A DNA stretch of 64,000 bases from Octopus sinensis. Its lineage: Eukaryota. The notes under the pieces are model-generated. The model saw only the letters and a list, made by a program, of their open reading frames with translations. It was not told where the DNA came from and did no database searches. This document shows, piece by piece, positions 49,413-62,985 of this stretch (position 1 is the stretch's first letter; each line of letters starts with the position of its first letter). Position numbers and translations under genes: made by a program. Where the stretch lies: the NCBI RefSeq assembly GCF_006345805.1, contig NC_043006.1, positions 13,764,001-13,828,000 on the forward strand, written 5' to 3'.

Positions 49413-51897
49413 TGTTTCTTTATTAGCCACACAGGGCTGCACACAGACAGGACAAAATTACAAGGTAGAACTTTTCTTTTGGGGGTAAAAGAAGGAGGTT
49501 TGGTTTTCGAACAAAAGGGATCGTAAATGGAAAGAAAGAGGACAAAACAAAAAAAGGGGGGGGGATAAAATAAAAGTGGGAGGTGAGGAAAAAAAAGGGG
49601 GAGGTGAGGAAAAAAGGGAAAGGAAAAAAATTGATCAATAGGGATCGTTATCACAGAAATGTCAATATGAAGTGTAAAGGGGAGGACAGGCGAGGTTTAC
49701 CCGTGGAAAGAAAAGCCTACGGAAAAGACCACGGTAACCTCGGTCAATGAAGTCACATGTTATATTTCTTTTTTTTGAAAATAAGCAACTCTCTGTATTA
49801 ATTTTTACGGTTCATAGAATCATAGTCAAGGTGGCTTCGTCATTCATACGTGCCATCCTTGCTACACCCATCTTTTTTTAAAACATTCACTAGACAAAAC
49901 TTGCCTCTCTACTCTCACTTTCCTCTTCAAGTGATACTTGAAGAAGTTGATGAGAGATTGACCAGAGAGGAAAGCGTTTGTCTCTAATCCTTTCAGGCGC
50001 GTCCACCAGATACATTCTTTCGCCATAGCCACAAGTATGATAAAAATAGCTCTTCTTTCCCGTTTCAAGGAAGGAGGCGTGATGATTTTAACGATAGACT
50101 CGGCTGATAAACCGACACGTCCCACACATGACAGCAGTCGTTCGACATAAGCCCACAGGTCGGAAATTGTTGGACACTGCACGATTGCGTGCAAAGCGGT
50201 TTCGTCGCTCTGCCCGCATCTCAAGCAGGTCGGCCCCGTGTTTCTCGAGCCATGCCTATAGAGCTTATCCCGAACGGGTAGCGCTTCTCGGTAGCACCGC
50301 CAGGCCAGGGATCTCTGGAAGTTGTCCATAGGTTCCGGCCCGAAAGTCGTTTCAAACAGGTGGGTCAAGTATTCCTCGTCGACGCCCAGGTTTGCTCCAA
50401 GATCGTCGTCGTACCTCCCCTCCACTAGTCTCTTATAGAATGCTTTGGTTGTGTTGAAGTCACTCAAGGTCGACCCGGGACGGCAGAGTTGCTTGAGATC
50501 AACGCGACACTCGCGGTGCCATTCGCCCTTCCTCGGCCTCTTTTTGATCCACGACTGCAGTTCGGTCATGGAGACGAGCTGCGGGAACGCGTGCCTCACA
50601 AACGGTGACCACACCTGTTCACAGTCGTCTACATAGAGCCGGAGATGTCGCAGTCTCAGCGCGTGTCTACGCATCATCAACCATAGCATACCCAGCCCTC
50701 CTTTTAACGGGTGTTGACAGCAAATGGATCGTCTGACCATCGGGACGCATCCTTTCCACAAGAAGCGGAAGATAATGCGTTCTAGTTTGGTGATGGTAGG
50801 GTCGGGACAAGGTACGACGGTCAGGCGGTAGTAGATGACGGACGCGATGTACGTGTTCGCCACCTCCGCCCGACCTTTTAGGGACAGTTTCCTCTCGGCC
50901 CATTGCCGGGCGAGAGTGACCACCCTACTCGTTATCTCGTTCCAGTTCTTCTCCACTTGGAGGTCCGGACCAAACCAGACCCCGAGCAACTCAACCGGCC
51001 GTCGGTCCAGCGTCCCACGACGGAGGCGCTGGTGGACGGCATGGGCTTGCTTCTCCAGGTGCCTAGTCGCAAGCCCACTGACTTTTCCCGGTTGATTTTC
51101 GCTCCTGTCACCGCTTCGTAGTTTTTCAGTGTCTCGCCGACCTGCTCGATGTGCTCGTGGCTAGACACTATGACGGTGACGTCGTCCGCGTAAGCAGACA
51201 CGCTCGTCCCGCATCCCAGTTCTCGCGGGATGCCTCTCAAAGTTGCCAGCTTCCGCAATAATGGCTCGAGAGTCAATACGTATAGAAGCGACGAGAGGGG
51301 GCATCCCTGACGGACCGAACGTGCGATGTCGAAGGGTCTCGATAGATGTCCATTCACGCGAATTACCGAACGGATGCCTCTGTACAAAGCGGCTATCCAG
51401 CCGCGGAAGACGGGACCGAAGCCAGCCGCTCCGAGGACCGCCTCCAAGTATCGATGGTCCACCTATCGAAAGCTTTCGATTGATCCAAATTGATAAGCGC
51501 CCCACCCATGCCAGGTTCGTTATCTACCCTGTCTATCATGTAGCGCATCAGGTGGAGGTCGTCATGGATGGTCCGGCCTGGCACGGCGCATGTTTGCGCC
51601 TTGTCGACCAGTTTCTCGATGACAAGCGCCAACCTCTTGGCTAGCACCTTGGCCAAAATTTTCAAGTCTGCATTAAGCAGAGTGATGGGCCTAAAGTTAT
51701 CTATTACATTTCCCTTGTTTAGATCTTTCTTCAGCAGTGTTACGGCTCCTCGGCTCACAAAACCAGGTATGCTCCCGTTTTGCTGCCAGTTGCAGTATAC
51801 CGCTGCCAAGACGTCTCCAAACAAGTTTGGCATACAATTGTAAAACTCGTAGGGCAGACCATCCAAACCCGGCGATTCGTCTCTCGAGCACTCTGCC
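49412..51897 (-). mobile_element. 5'-truncated Tx1/L1-clade LINE (RT + zinc-finger C-terminus + 3' UTR)
   Basis: PGLDGLPYEFY, NFRPITLLNADLKILAK, LDQSKAFDR, SVRQGCPLS, AYADDVT, GAKINREKS, CLRCGQSDETALHAIVQCP; two frameshifts (~51470, ~50990); (GATA)n on both sides. Confidence 0.93.
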
Positions 51898-51993
<96 letters not shown>

Positions 51994-52656
51994 TGATAGA
52001 TAGATAGATAGATAGATAGATGGATAAAATTCCCACGAGGTAAATTTTAGGAAATATCCGCAATATTCTTTATGTAGTATATTTTAAGCAAAGCAACGAG
52101 TCGAATTCAACTTGCAATATTTGTTCATCACTTTGTGCCTGAGTTCAAACCCTGCCGAGAACGACATTGCCATTTCCTTCTTTCTGGGCTGCTAATTTGG
52201 TGGAATTGTTAGAATGTCGTCTCAGTACTCTCTAAAGTGAGGAGACGCTTTGTTTCTCTCGTGAAATTTGTCTGTGTTGCAAGCGAAGGCACCTACTGGT
52301 CTCCCAATGAAAAAAGAACCGAGCGCTCGCAGATATGTGGTCAGCTTTCATTTCTGATGGTCCAGGTTCTATCGGATGTGGGAGTGTAGATAGATAGGTA
52401 GGTAGATATAGTTTCAGAAAAAGTGACAGGAAAAGAACCAGATACGGTACAGGATGGATGCTTTACAGGCCATCAAAGGAGATGAAACAGTGTTCGAAAC
52501 GAAGAGGGTCCAGAAACTTTTTGCAACTGTGTGTGTACATATCATTCACTCACTCACTCACCCACTCACTCACTCACCCACTCACTCACTCACACACTCA
52601 CTTACTCATGAACAACAAGCAGGAGTATTAATTTGACGCTCGGGAAAATGAAAAAG

Positions 52657-52694
52657 TCTTTTACGTTTCGAGCCTACGCTCTTCTACAGAAAGA
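52657..52694 (-). ncRNA. Minimal hammerhead-like motif, A6U core variant
   Basis: UCUUU-CUGUAGA-A-GAGC GUAG GCUC-GAAAC-GUA-AAAGA. Confidence 0.45.
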
Positions 52695-52947
52695 AGTAAG
52701 AGAAAATTATCAGAGAGTGAATGAAAGAAACCTATAGATTCAGCAGCCAGTCGTATTCTACCTGCTGAAGCGCCCACACGAAGTTTGTTGCTGAAAAGTA
52801 TTCTGCTGTGTAATGATTATAAAGAATGTTCTTCTATAATGGCATTTGAATATAAACTCATCAACTTAAACTTTGTGGGCGATGAAGAAAGAAACGTCAT
52901 GCTCTACTGTTAAAACCTGTTATCCCCCATCCTTGTGTTATATTATA

Positions 52948-53017
<70 letters not shown>

Positions 53018-53521
53018 TATATATATATGTATATATGTATATATGCACACACACACACACATACACACACATATACAAGCACACACACACACATGCACAT
53101 TGTTATGCGTAAACATACTCATCGTTCGGCCAATCGAAATAACCTCGCATGTTATTGTTATAAGTGAAATACGTTTGGATGCTTCAAATGTTTCCAGTGG
53201 TATGCACATTATCGATTTAGATGTTTTAATGCACATGCTCTCGGCATTAACATGTATGCAAATGCAACCTGAAACAACAAAGAAATATCAATACGAACTG
53301 ACTTGGACAAAAAATATTGTGCACCTACATGCATATATACATACTCGACGAGGAGGCCCTTCACATTTACATTTCAGAAATTGTTTGGCAGAGAGTTGAA
53401 AAGTTGCCGACCCTTGAAAACTGGGCAGCAATATAGTTGTGTATGTGTCTTATTATGTGTGTGTGTGTGCGTGTGTGTGTACATGACAAACATACATGCA
53501 TACATACATATATACATATAC

Positions 53522-53589
<68 letters not shown>

Positions 53590-53596
53590 ATGTATG

Positions 53597-53660
<64 letters not shown>

Positions 53661-53792
53661 CGTGTGTGTGTGTGTGTGTGTGTTGATATATACATATAAG
53701 AGAGAGAGAGTTCACGAAAAAAGCAAAAGACGAAGACAGGTGGTGTACAAAACAAACAGATGTATTAGTATAACGCTCAGGAATTGAAAAAG

Positions 53793-53830
53793 TCTTTTAC
53801 GTTTCGAGCCTACGCTCTTCTACAGAAAGG
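53793..53830 (-). ncRNA. Minimal hammerhead-like motif, A6U core variant
   Basis: CUUU-CUGUAGA-A-GAGCGUAGGCUC-GAAAC-GUA-AAAG; lies in a ~170-bp repeat also found at ~60405-60575. Confidence 0.45.
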
Positions 53831-53890
53831 GACACAGAAAAAACAAGGAGAGAAAAAATGTGTGTAGTGGCTACCGATCTATCATAGCGG

Positions 53891-53957
<67 letters not shown>

Positions 53958-54069
53958 TTTTCCTAACCGAAATGCAATTCGAAGAAGCCTGCCATTTACC
54001 GGATGTATTATATGTAAACTCCCCCATGTGCGTCGTTGGGTTTAGCAGTTGGCTGTTGGGCTCCGAACC

Positions 54070-54118
54070 AGTCTTGCTGATGAGAACGTAAGTACGAAAT
54101 CACAGGTGATACAAGACT
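54070..54118 (+). ncRNA. Canonical type-I hammerhead ribozyme fold
   Basis: AGUCUUG-CUGAUGA-GAAC GUAA GUAC-GAAA-UCAC AG GUGA-UA-CAAGACU: 7-bp helix I, GNRA loop II, 4-5-bp helix III, AUA site. Confidence 0.78.
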
Positions 54119-54364
54119 TAATTTTTTAAATGTCTTGCTTTGAAGAATTGCATTTGGTAGGATTAGTAAAATGTTTGGTAGAAATGACTAATGTCCCTCT
54201 TAGCGTGTGGCATGTATGTATAATAATGCCCTCTATATATAAATTAATATGTTCAATAAGAAAGAATTATTTTCGAAATTTTTTCTCTTATGAGGTTTTT
54301 CACGCTATCTACCTGATAATTTCTTGTTAAGATTCCTTATTAAGAGGTTATCCTTAATTGTTAA

Positions 54365-54408
<44 letters not shown>

Positions 54409-54660
54409 ATAAATATTAGGGAATAAATCCAAATTTACAGGGAAAAATTCAGATTTAGGATTAAATCCAATTTTATAGTAAAATATTATATAATATTAAT
54501 TAGAGACAAAACCACTATCTTGCAAAACAAACAAGGAAAGACTTAATCAATACATAAAATTTTAATAAAAAGTAAAAAATAAAAAATAAAAAATAAAATA
54601 AAAAATAAAAAATAAAAAGTCTTTCCTTGTTTGTTTTGCAAGATAGTGGTTTTGTCTCTA

Positions 54661-54742
<82 letters not shown>

Positions 54743-54978
54743 CATCTATTATCTTTAACGTGTTTCATTCATTAGACTGTGGCCATATTGGGGTGTACCG
54801 CCTTAAAGAATTTTTGTCGAATGAATCGACCGCAGAATCTAGTTTTTGTTAAGCGTGGTACTTATTATATCGATCTCTGTTGCCGGACCGTCAAGTTACG
54901 CGGGCGTAAACACACCAAACCTCCAGTCGTCAAGCGGTGATGGAGACAAGCAAAAACACGAAGACATACGCGAGGTAT

Positions 54979-55457
54979 TATATATTAGAAGAAATGAGGT
55001 ATTCAGAAATCTGGATAGTTTTATATTTACAGATATTTATTAATATGTTACATGTTTTTATAAATCATATATTAGCGCTTTCGTCCACTCTAGTGGAGTT
55101 TTCAAATTGCACTTTTTCTTCTTTCTCTCCTTCTTCCTTTCCTTCTTTTTCTTTAACACCCTGTTTCAGTTACAAAAACACACACACACATACACACATA
55201 TGCTCTCTCTCACTTTCTCCCCCATTCCTCTCCCTCTTGTACTATCTATATCTCTCCCAACCTCCACACACTCAATAATACTATAAAAAGAGTCAAAATT
55301 CATGCAAAAAGTTAGTTCAATTTGAAAACTCCACTAGAGTGGACGAAAGCGCTAATATATGATATATGATTTATAAAAACATGTAACATACTAATAAATA
55401 TCTGTAAATATAAAAAACCATCCAGATTTCTGAGTACCTCATTTCTCCTAATATATA
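54979..55457. repeat. ~130-bp inverted repeats flanking a ~205-bp low-complexity spacer (MITE or inverted PLE termini)
   Basis: 54979-55109 is the near-exact reverse complement of 55318-55457; partial third copy at ~56645-56695. Confidence 0.85.
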
Positions 55458-55741
55458 TATAACTTATAAATAAGGGCAAACGAAAAACTTTTTAATGCCA
55501 AATATGCCGAAATTAGACACTATGTCCTTAACCATATACTTTTTTCACAATACGTACGCTACTCAAAAAAGGTCGACAGAAATTTCTAAAAAATGTCGTT
55601 ATTACCATATCGGACCGATTTCAGGGTTAGTTCATAAGAACCCTCCCTTCGTCAACGATAAATGTGGCAAAAGAAATAAATGAGATACTTACTCATACCC
55701 ACATACATATATATATATATGGCTGTCTTCTTTTAGTTTCT

Positions 55742-55974
55742 TATTTCTATATTGCCCACAAGGGGCTAAACATAGAGGGGGAAAACAAGGACAGACAAAG
55801 GGATTAAGTCGAATACATCGACCCCAGTGCGAAAGTGGTACTTAATTTATCGACCCCGAAAGGATGAAAGGCAAAGTCGACCTCGGTGGAATTTGAACTC
55901 AGAACGTAGAGACAGACGAAATACAGGTAAGCATTTCGCCCGGCGTGCTAACGATCCTGCCAGCTCGCCAGCTC
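55742..55974 (-). mobile_element. SINE family B nested in a SINE family A, 17-bp TSD
   Basis: TSD GTCTTCTTTTAGTTTCT at 55725-55741 and 55975-55991. Confidence 0.9.
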
Positions 55975-56267
55975 GTCTTCTTTTAGTTTCTGTCTACCAA
56001 ATTCACTCACAAGGCTTTGGTCGGCCCGAGGCTACAGTAGAAGACGTTGCCACGAAGACATTGGTAAGATGCAACGTAGTGGGACTGCAACCGGAACCAT
56101 ACGGTCGGGAAGCAAGCGTCTTACCACACAGCCACATGTCTTTAATGGAATGGTGTGGTTATATAGTCCATAAGGGGTTTTAACTAATCACCGTTTGTGG
56201 GATTATGTGAGAAATAAACACCCAATTAATTACTACGATTTCAATCTGAACAACTTTTCGAGAAATA

Positions 56268-56645
56268 TGGAATGGAAGCACTCCGTCGGTTACGACGACG
56301 AGGGTTCCAGTTGATCCGAATCAACGGAACAGCCTGCTCGTGAAATTAACGTGTAAGTGGCTGAGCACTCCACAGACACGTGAACCCTTAACGTAGTTCT
56401 CGGGGATATTCAGCGTGACACAGAGAGTGACAAGGCCGGCCCTTTGAAATACAGGTACAACAGAAACAGGAAGTAAGAGTGAGAGAAAGTTGTGGTGAAA
56501 GAGTACAGCAGGGATCACCACCACCCCCTGCCGGAGCCTCGTCGTGGAGCTTTAGGTGTTTTCGCTCAATAAACACTCACAACGCCCGGTCTGGGAATCG
56601 AAACCGCGATCCTATGACCGCGAGTCCGCTGCCCTAACCACTGAA
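56268..56645 (-). mobile_element. SINE family C with tRNA-like head
   Basis: Reverse complement CAGTGGTTAGGGCAGCGGACTCG..GGTTTCGATTCC; body matches 7017-7333. Confidence 0.85.
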
Positions 56646-57334
56646 TGGTTTTATATTTACAGATATTTATTAGTATGTTACATTAGTATGTTACACCTCG
56701 AGAAATATAACTTTCTTTTGCATACAATCTGCCTCTGGAAATTGTCAATTTATTTTATTTATTTCCACAATAACTTGGAGCATAATTTTCGAGAAATGGA
56801 TTCCTTCTTTAATAACCATTCAGTGATTCGTTAATATATCTAAGTTGTCTTGTACGTTCCTAGCTTCCTTCTTTCACATCCAACATTTCTTCAACTATCT
56901 AAAAGACTAGGTGCCATTAGTCTGGTTTCTTTTGTATGCGTTTGGTTTCTTCGGTGATTGATTTCTCCCACCGTTGATTCCTGTATCACAGAAACTATTG
57001 AAGCTAGATAATTGGAATTTTTTCTGTAATATGTAGCTTTTTGAATAATCGGTATTTATTTAGATTTTAGTCGATGTTGTGCTTCTATTTTTTTTTATTT
57101 TTATTATCATTGGATTTTTATAGCAATTTAAACAGGTAGCATAGATTTATTGAACAAAACTTATTAAGGTAGATTATTTATAAATAATGAATTAGACGTA
57201 AAAAGCAAATCCGGCAGAATACAATCATATACATCTGTGTGGGTGTGTGTGTGTACGCGTGTGGGCGTGTATGTGTGTTGTGTATCAACAACAACAACAA
57301 TAATAGTAATGATAATAATAATCCCTTACTATTT

Positions 57335-57845
<511 letters not shown>

Positions 57846-58139
57846 GTATGTATTCTGCCGAATTTCTTTCTTGCTTTTAACTCATTATTTCTAAATAATC
57901 CGCCTTAAACAACTTTGCTGAATAAACATAAGCCGCATGTTTAAATTGCTATAAAATCGTAAAGACAAAAAAAAAGGACATATCGCAATCTAGATAAATG
58001 TTTTTTATTTATATTGATTCTTCAAGAAAAATAAATATAAATAAGGTTGGGAAAAGCTTTCATTAACTTATTCGTACACGAAACGTCACAAAGGACGAAA
58101 GTCTGTAGAGATAACTTTTAAAAAATATTGAATCGCACT

Positions 58140-58849
58140 GCTAACACACACCACCTCTACCAACACCCTCAGCCTACCCACATAATTCACCTCTAACCCC
58201 ACCCTTAGCCTAACCCACACCCCACCCTTGCTTTCTCCAGTCTCGCCACCCCCTCATTCCAACACCATCACACCACACCACACTCCAGTACATCAAACAC
58301 TACCATACCTATTTCTTTACTACCCACAAGGGGCTAAACAGAGAGGAGACAAACAAGGACTGACAAACGGATTAAGTCGATTATATCGACCCCAGTGCGT
58401 AACTGGTACTTATTTAATCGACTCCGAAAGGATGAAAGGCGAAGTCGACCTCGGCAGAATTTGAACTCAGAATGTAGCGGCAGACGAACTACCACTAAGC
58501 ATTTCGCCCGGCGTGCTAACGTTTCTGCCAGCTCGCCGCCTTCCAAACACTACCATACAACACAACACCACATCACATCACATCACACCATCACGCACAC
58601 ACTAGCACTGACCACTTCCCAGTCCCACATCCACACACACACATGTCAAGGCCACCAGCCCTCTTCCACACGCACATACATGCTTTCTTATACAATTGCA
58701 CGCGCACCTTCGTTTAGGGATCACCACTACTTTGTTATCTCCTCTTTTTCCTAGCTCTTTTGCGTGACCCCTCTGTCCGGCATTCGCCATGATAGATCGC
58801 TAGCCACTACACATTCTTTATTTTCTCTCTTTATTTCTCTCTGTGTTCC
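58140..58849 (+). mobile_element. Penelope-like 3' UTR fragment, inverted relative to the 60.4-63 kb element
   Basis: Diverged match to the reverse complement of ~60525-60990 (GCGCACCTTCGTTTAGGGATCA.CACTACTTT); contains a SINE B. Confidence 0.75.
58310..58542 (-). mobile_element. SINE family B, 15-bp TSD
   Basis: TSD CAAACACTACCATAC at 58294-58308 and 58544-58558. Confidence 0.9.
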
Positions 58850-59982
58850 TTAACAATGTACTATTTTCGCGTTCTATAAAATCAGCCTTTCTTAGTTCGT
58901 TATAAGATGTCATTTGCAACTGAAGAATATATTTGAGTATTTCTCAACATATGAAACTATTAGTAGCGCTTAAATATATACATTCTGCCCTTGATATAGA
59001 TTATATATATTTAAGGATGTAAGCATGCATCTATTGAGACCTGGATCTCTTAGGTCTAAACCACTCAGTCCATATGATTGATTAACTGAACTTCAGTTCC
59101 AGCCGACTGTTCTTACAGACACCCCTCTCCCTCTCTCTCACTCACTTTCTTTCTTTCTCTCTCTCTCTCTCTAACTGCCACATCCTCCATGTTCTGCTAG
59201 GTGAAAGAGTGAAAAAGTAGAAAGAGTGCCTATGCCTAATTGTATAGGCACTTCAAACAATTAACAAAACACGGTACTCGTTGGCGAGTGGTGGCTCTGC
59301 AGATATACACATATACTTATGTATGTGTGTGTCTGTGTGTATGTATGCTTTTCTCTGCATGTGTGTGTGTGCATTTCAGAGATGAGGTTTATCATTAATA
59401 TACAATTATTCGCTACAATGTTCCGGCCGTTTTATCTACCGTAATTGGTAACTTTTCCGGAATCTCTCACCGAATCCGTCATGAAATCTATGACGTAAAA
59501 GTTTTTTCTGTCTACCCTCAAGAATATTCCATTACTTAGAGTATTAATCTCTGATTGATTAATATAAATATTCTCCTGTTAGTTACTCCTATATATGAAG
59601 TTGCTTCCTCGCGTTCCTAGAGAAGCTAATAGTTCACTCTGTGTGAATTCATGACAGCCATATATCGTAAGCTGACATGCATCAAAAACACACAGTTTAT
59701 TCTTTATCACCACAACAACTTGCCCTTACAATCGCTCCAAATATTGGGTCCCACAACCAACGGGAATGTCTTTTGATTAGGACTTCAGCTCAATGCTTAC
59801 CCTAATACAAAGCTCAGGTATATTGCTCAGAATTATTACTCTCATATCTGATATGGTACTACTGCTGAGCATAAGTGTTGATTTACAAACGTTTAAGTAC
59901 CACATTAACGGTACCAATCTCACTCGTCTATGCGAACCAGCGAAAGCCCTACCTCTTCCTCCAAATACAGCAAATATATAAA

Positions 59983-60382
59983 TCTTTATATATAAAACTA
60001 AAGTTGTGTGTCTGTCTCCTACGATTTAGATTCCTAACTACTCCCACATTTTGCGGTGCAGTGTAACCAAAAGCGGGTATCTTATAGTCGTGATTCATAT
60101 CGAGCCCTTCTGGGTATTAGCGCGCGTCTACGATGAGTCTATGATTTTTTTTTTAAATTACCATCTTTTTTTCCCAATTTTTAATGCATCTTTTTGCTAT
60201 TATATAAGGGAAGTAACTCTCTAAAAATGTATTATTAAATCTCAGAACGTAAAAAGCTACAGTAACACCCCCCCCCCTTTGTGGTTAGCCATATTGAGAT
60301 GGCTATTATACTTTACATCTCTAAAAATGCTTATATAGTTATTTCCCTTACAAACCCGAGCAACGCCGGGCGATACTGCTAG
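59983..60382 (+). mobile_element. Non-autonomous Helitron
   Basis: A|TC start, hairpin, CTAG|T end. Confidence 0.9.
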
Positions 60383-60404
60383 TATATATATATATGTAGG
60401 AAGA

Positions 60405-62985
60405 ATTCACAAAAAAACAGCAAAAGACGAAGACGGTCGTGTAGACAACAAACAGATGTATTAGTTTAATGCTTGGGAAGTGAAAAAGTTTTTAACGTTT
60501 CGAGCCTACGCTCTTCCACAGAAAGGAACACAGAATGAAACAGGGAGAGAAAAGAAAGAATGTAATCTATCATGGCAAATGCCAGACTTAGGGGTTACAC
60601 AGGAAAGCTAAGAAGAAGAGAAGATAATAAAGTAGTGATGATCCCTAAACGAAGGTGCGCGTGCGTGTGTATAAGACAGCATGTATATGCATGTGGAAGA
60701 GGGCTGGTGACCTTGACGTGTGCGTGTGTGTATGTGTAGGTGTATGGATGTGGGGCTGGAAACTGGTCAGTACTTGTAGGTGCGTGGTGGTTTGATGTGA
60801 TGTGGTGTTGTATGATATGGCAGTGTATGGTGTAGTGGTGTGTGGTGTGATGGTGTTGGGATGTGGGGAAAGTGAGAATGGGGAAAAGAAGGGTGGGGTG
60901 TGGGTTAGGCTGAGGGTGGGGTTAGAGGTGGGGGTATTTGGGTAGGCTGAGTGTGAGGGTAGAGGTGGGGTATGTAGTTGTGGGTGTAAGGGATGAGATG
61001 GGGGTGGGAGCGGATAGATAGGGAAGGTGCGGTTGGATTGTGTGGATGTGGGGTTATGGGGGAGAGGTGACGATGGAGGGTGAACGGGAATGGAGGAAGT
61101 GGATAAGAGTGAAGAAAATAGAAAAGGAGAGTTGGAGTAAAGGGAAGTAGGAGTCGGAGCAAGAGAGGAGAGGTGGGTGGAAGGAAGTAGGTGTAAGAGG
61201 GATAGAGGAGAGGCGAGTTGGTTAGATGAAGAGGGGAGGAGAGTTGAGCCCGTGTGACGCAAAGGAGCGAAGAGAGAAGATTAATCCCTGTTCACGGCGC
61301 AAACTGGAGTCCGGATGGCCCCTGTGTAAGGACAATTCGAGCACAGACAATTGTTGCAAAGAGTGACCGGGAGAGCGGAAATGGTGCGAGACTGGGGTGT
61401 CATTGCCGAGTTGGATATCTCGGTGTTCCGCGGACCGATCAACCAAGCGACGTTCCGTTTACCCGATGTATAGAGAAGGGCAGAGAGAGCAGGTGATGCA
61501 GTAGATGACATTGGTAGAAGTGCAGGTGAAGGTGTCGGTGATATGATAGGGTCAATAATGGGTGCCGGTGAGGAGGGTGATGTTGGAGAGGTAAGGGCAA
61601 GTGTGGAAACGTGGGCGGGAGCAAGAGAACGAGGCGGGTTGGGAGGTTGGGTTAGGGAAGAAGCTGTGGACCAAGAGATCTAGTAGGTTGTGGGCTCGTT
61701 TGAAGGAGGGGAGGGTCGTTTGAAGGAGGGGAGGGGTCCACATAGGATGAAGTGGTGAGTCATGTGTTGAGACTGAGTCTCAAAGTCATGGTCATCACTA
61801 CAGAGCCTGCATAGACGGAGGAATTGGGAATAGGGGATGGCAAGCTTGGTGTGTTTAGGGTGGGAGGAGGAGAAGTTGAGGTATGAGTGTGAGTCTGTGT
61901 GTTTGTAGTGGATGGGGGTGGTGAGAGTGGAGTGATGAATGCTGACCGAAATGTCGAGAAAGGAGACAGAGGTGTCAGAGATAGTACAGAAGTGGAGGAC
62001 AGGATGGAAAGATTTGACAAAAGAAAGGAAGGAGTCTAGATGTTCGCGGGAGAGTGAGGGCACACCGATACAGTCGTCAATATAACAGCCGTATAGTTCG
62101 GGAGGGGGACCAGCGAAACTTGACAACATTTGGGCCTCAACGTAGCCAACGAACAGGTTCGCATATTTGGGGCCCATTCTCGTTCCCATGGCCACTCCCG
62201 AAATACTGCTGGTAAAAATCACCATCGAACGAGAAGCTGTTGAGTGAGAGGACAAGTTCGGCCAGATAAACGATTGTGGATATGTCGGGTTCGAGGTTGG
62301 GTCGAAGATCAAGGAAATGTTGGATTGCACGCAGTCCCTCGTGGTGAGGGATCACCATGTAAAGGCCCTGAATGTTGAGTGTGAAGATAAGTTTAGAGGG
62401 CCCAGGAGGGAAGCAGAAAGACATGAATAGACGAAGCGCATGGTTGGTGTCATGAATATGAGAGGGGAAGGAAGCCACTAGGGGGTTGGGGGGGGCAAGG
62501 ACATGGTCAAGATATCTGGAGATGTGTTCGGTGGGGCAGTTGCAGGCAGAGATGATGGGCGGCCAGGGTTGTTAGGTTTGTGGATTCGGGGCGGAAGTAA
62601 GCTGTGGGGGTGCGAGGGGAGCGAATAATGAGGTTGGTAGGGATGGGGGAGACAGGAGGAGGAGATGAGGTCATGGATAGTGGAGGACACAGTCTGTTTG
62701 TTCTGGGCGTGAGGTCAGAGGGCAGAGAGCAGTAAGTAGAAGGAGGTGTCTTGAAGTTGGCGGAGAACTTCCGCTTTGTAGAGGTCCTCGCGCCACATCA
62801 CCACGTCTCCACACTTATCGGCCGGTTTTATGGCGATGTCAGTGCGGCGTCGGAGACATCGAAAGGCCGAGAGTTCGGTCGGGGAGATGTTCAGATGACG
62901 GGGACGCCTGGAAAAGTTAAACGGGTTCACAGCGCGCTGCCAGGCACCCGCAAAAAGATCGACTGCTTGGAACTGGCCAGGAGCT
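60405..62985 (-). mobile_element. Penelope-like retroelement (RT + GIY-YIG, probably Neptune-type), inactivated
   Basis: IKPADKCG, PGRP, GVAMGTRMGPKYANLFVG, YIDDCI, SFLDI, HYKHTDSHSYL; endonuclease CTSTNVIYCITCSLCPSLYIG*TERRLVDRSAEH; stops and frameshifts; pyrimidine-rich 3' UTR. Confidence 0.92.
60489..60526 (-). ncRNA. Minimal hammerhead-like motif (A6U variant) at the PLE 3' end
   Basis: CUUU-CUGUGGA-A-GAGCGUAGGCUC-GAAAC-GUU-AAA, downstream of the PLE ORF on the same strand. Confidence 0.45.
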
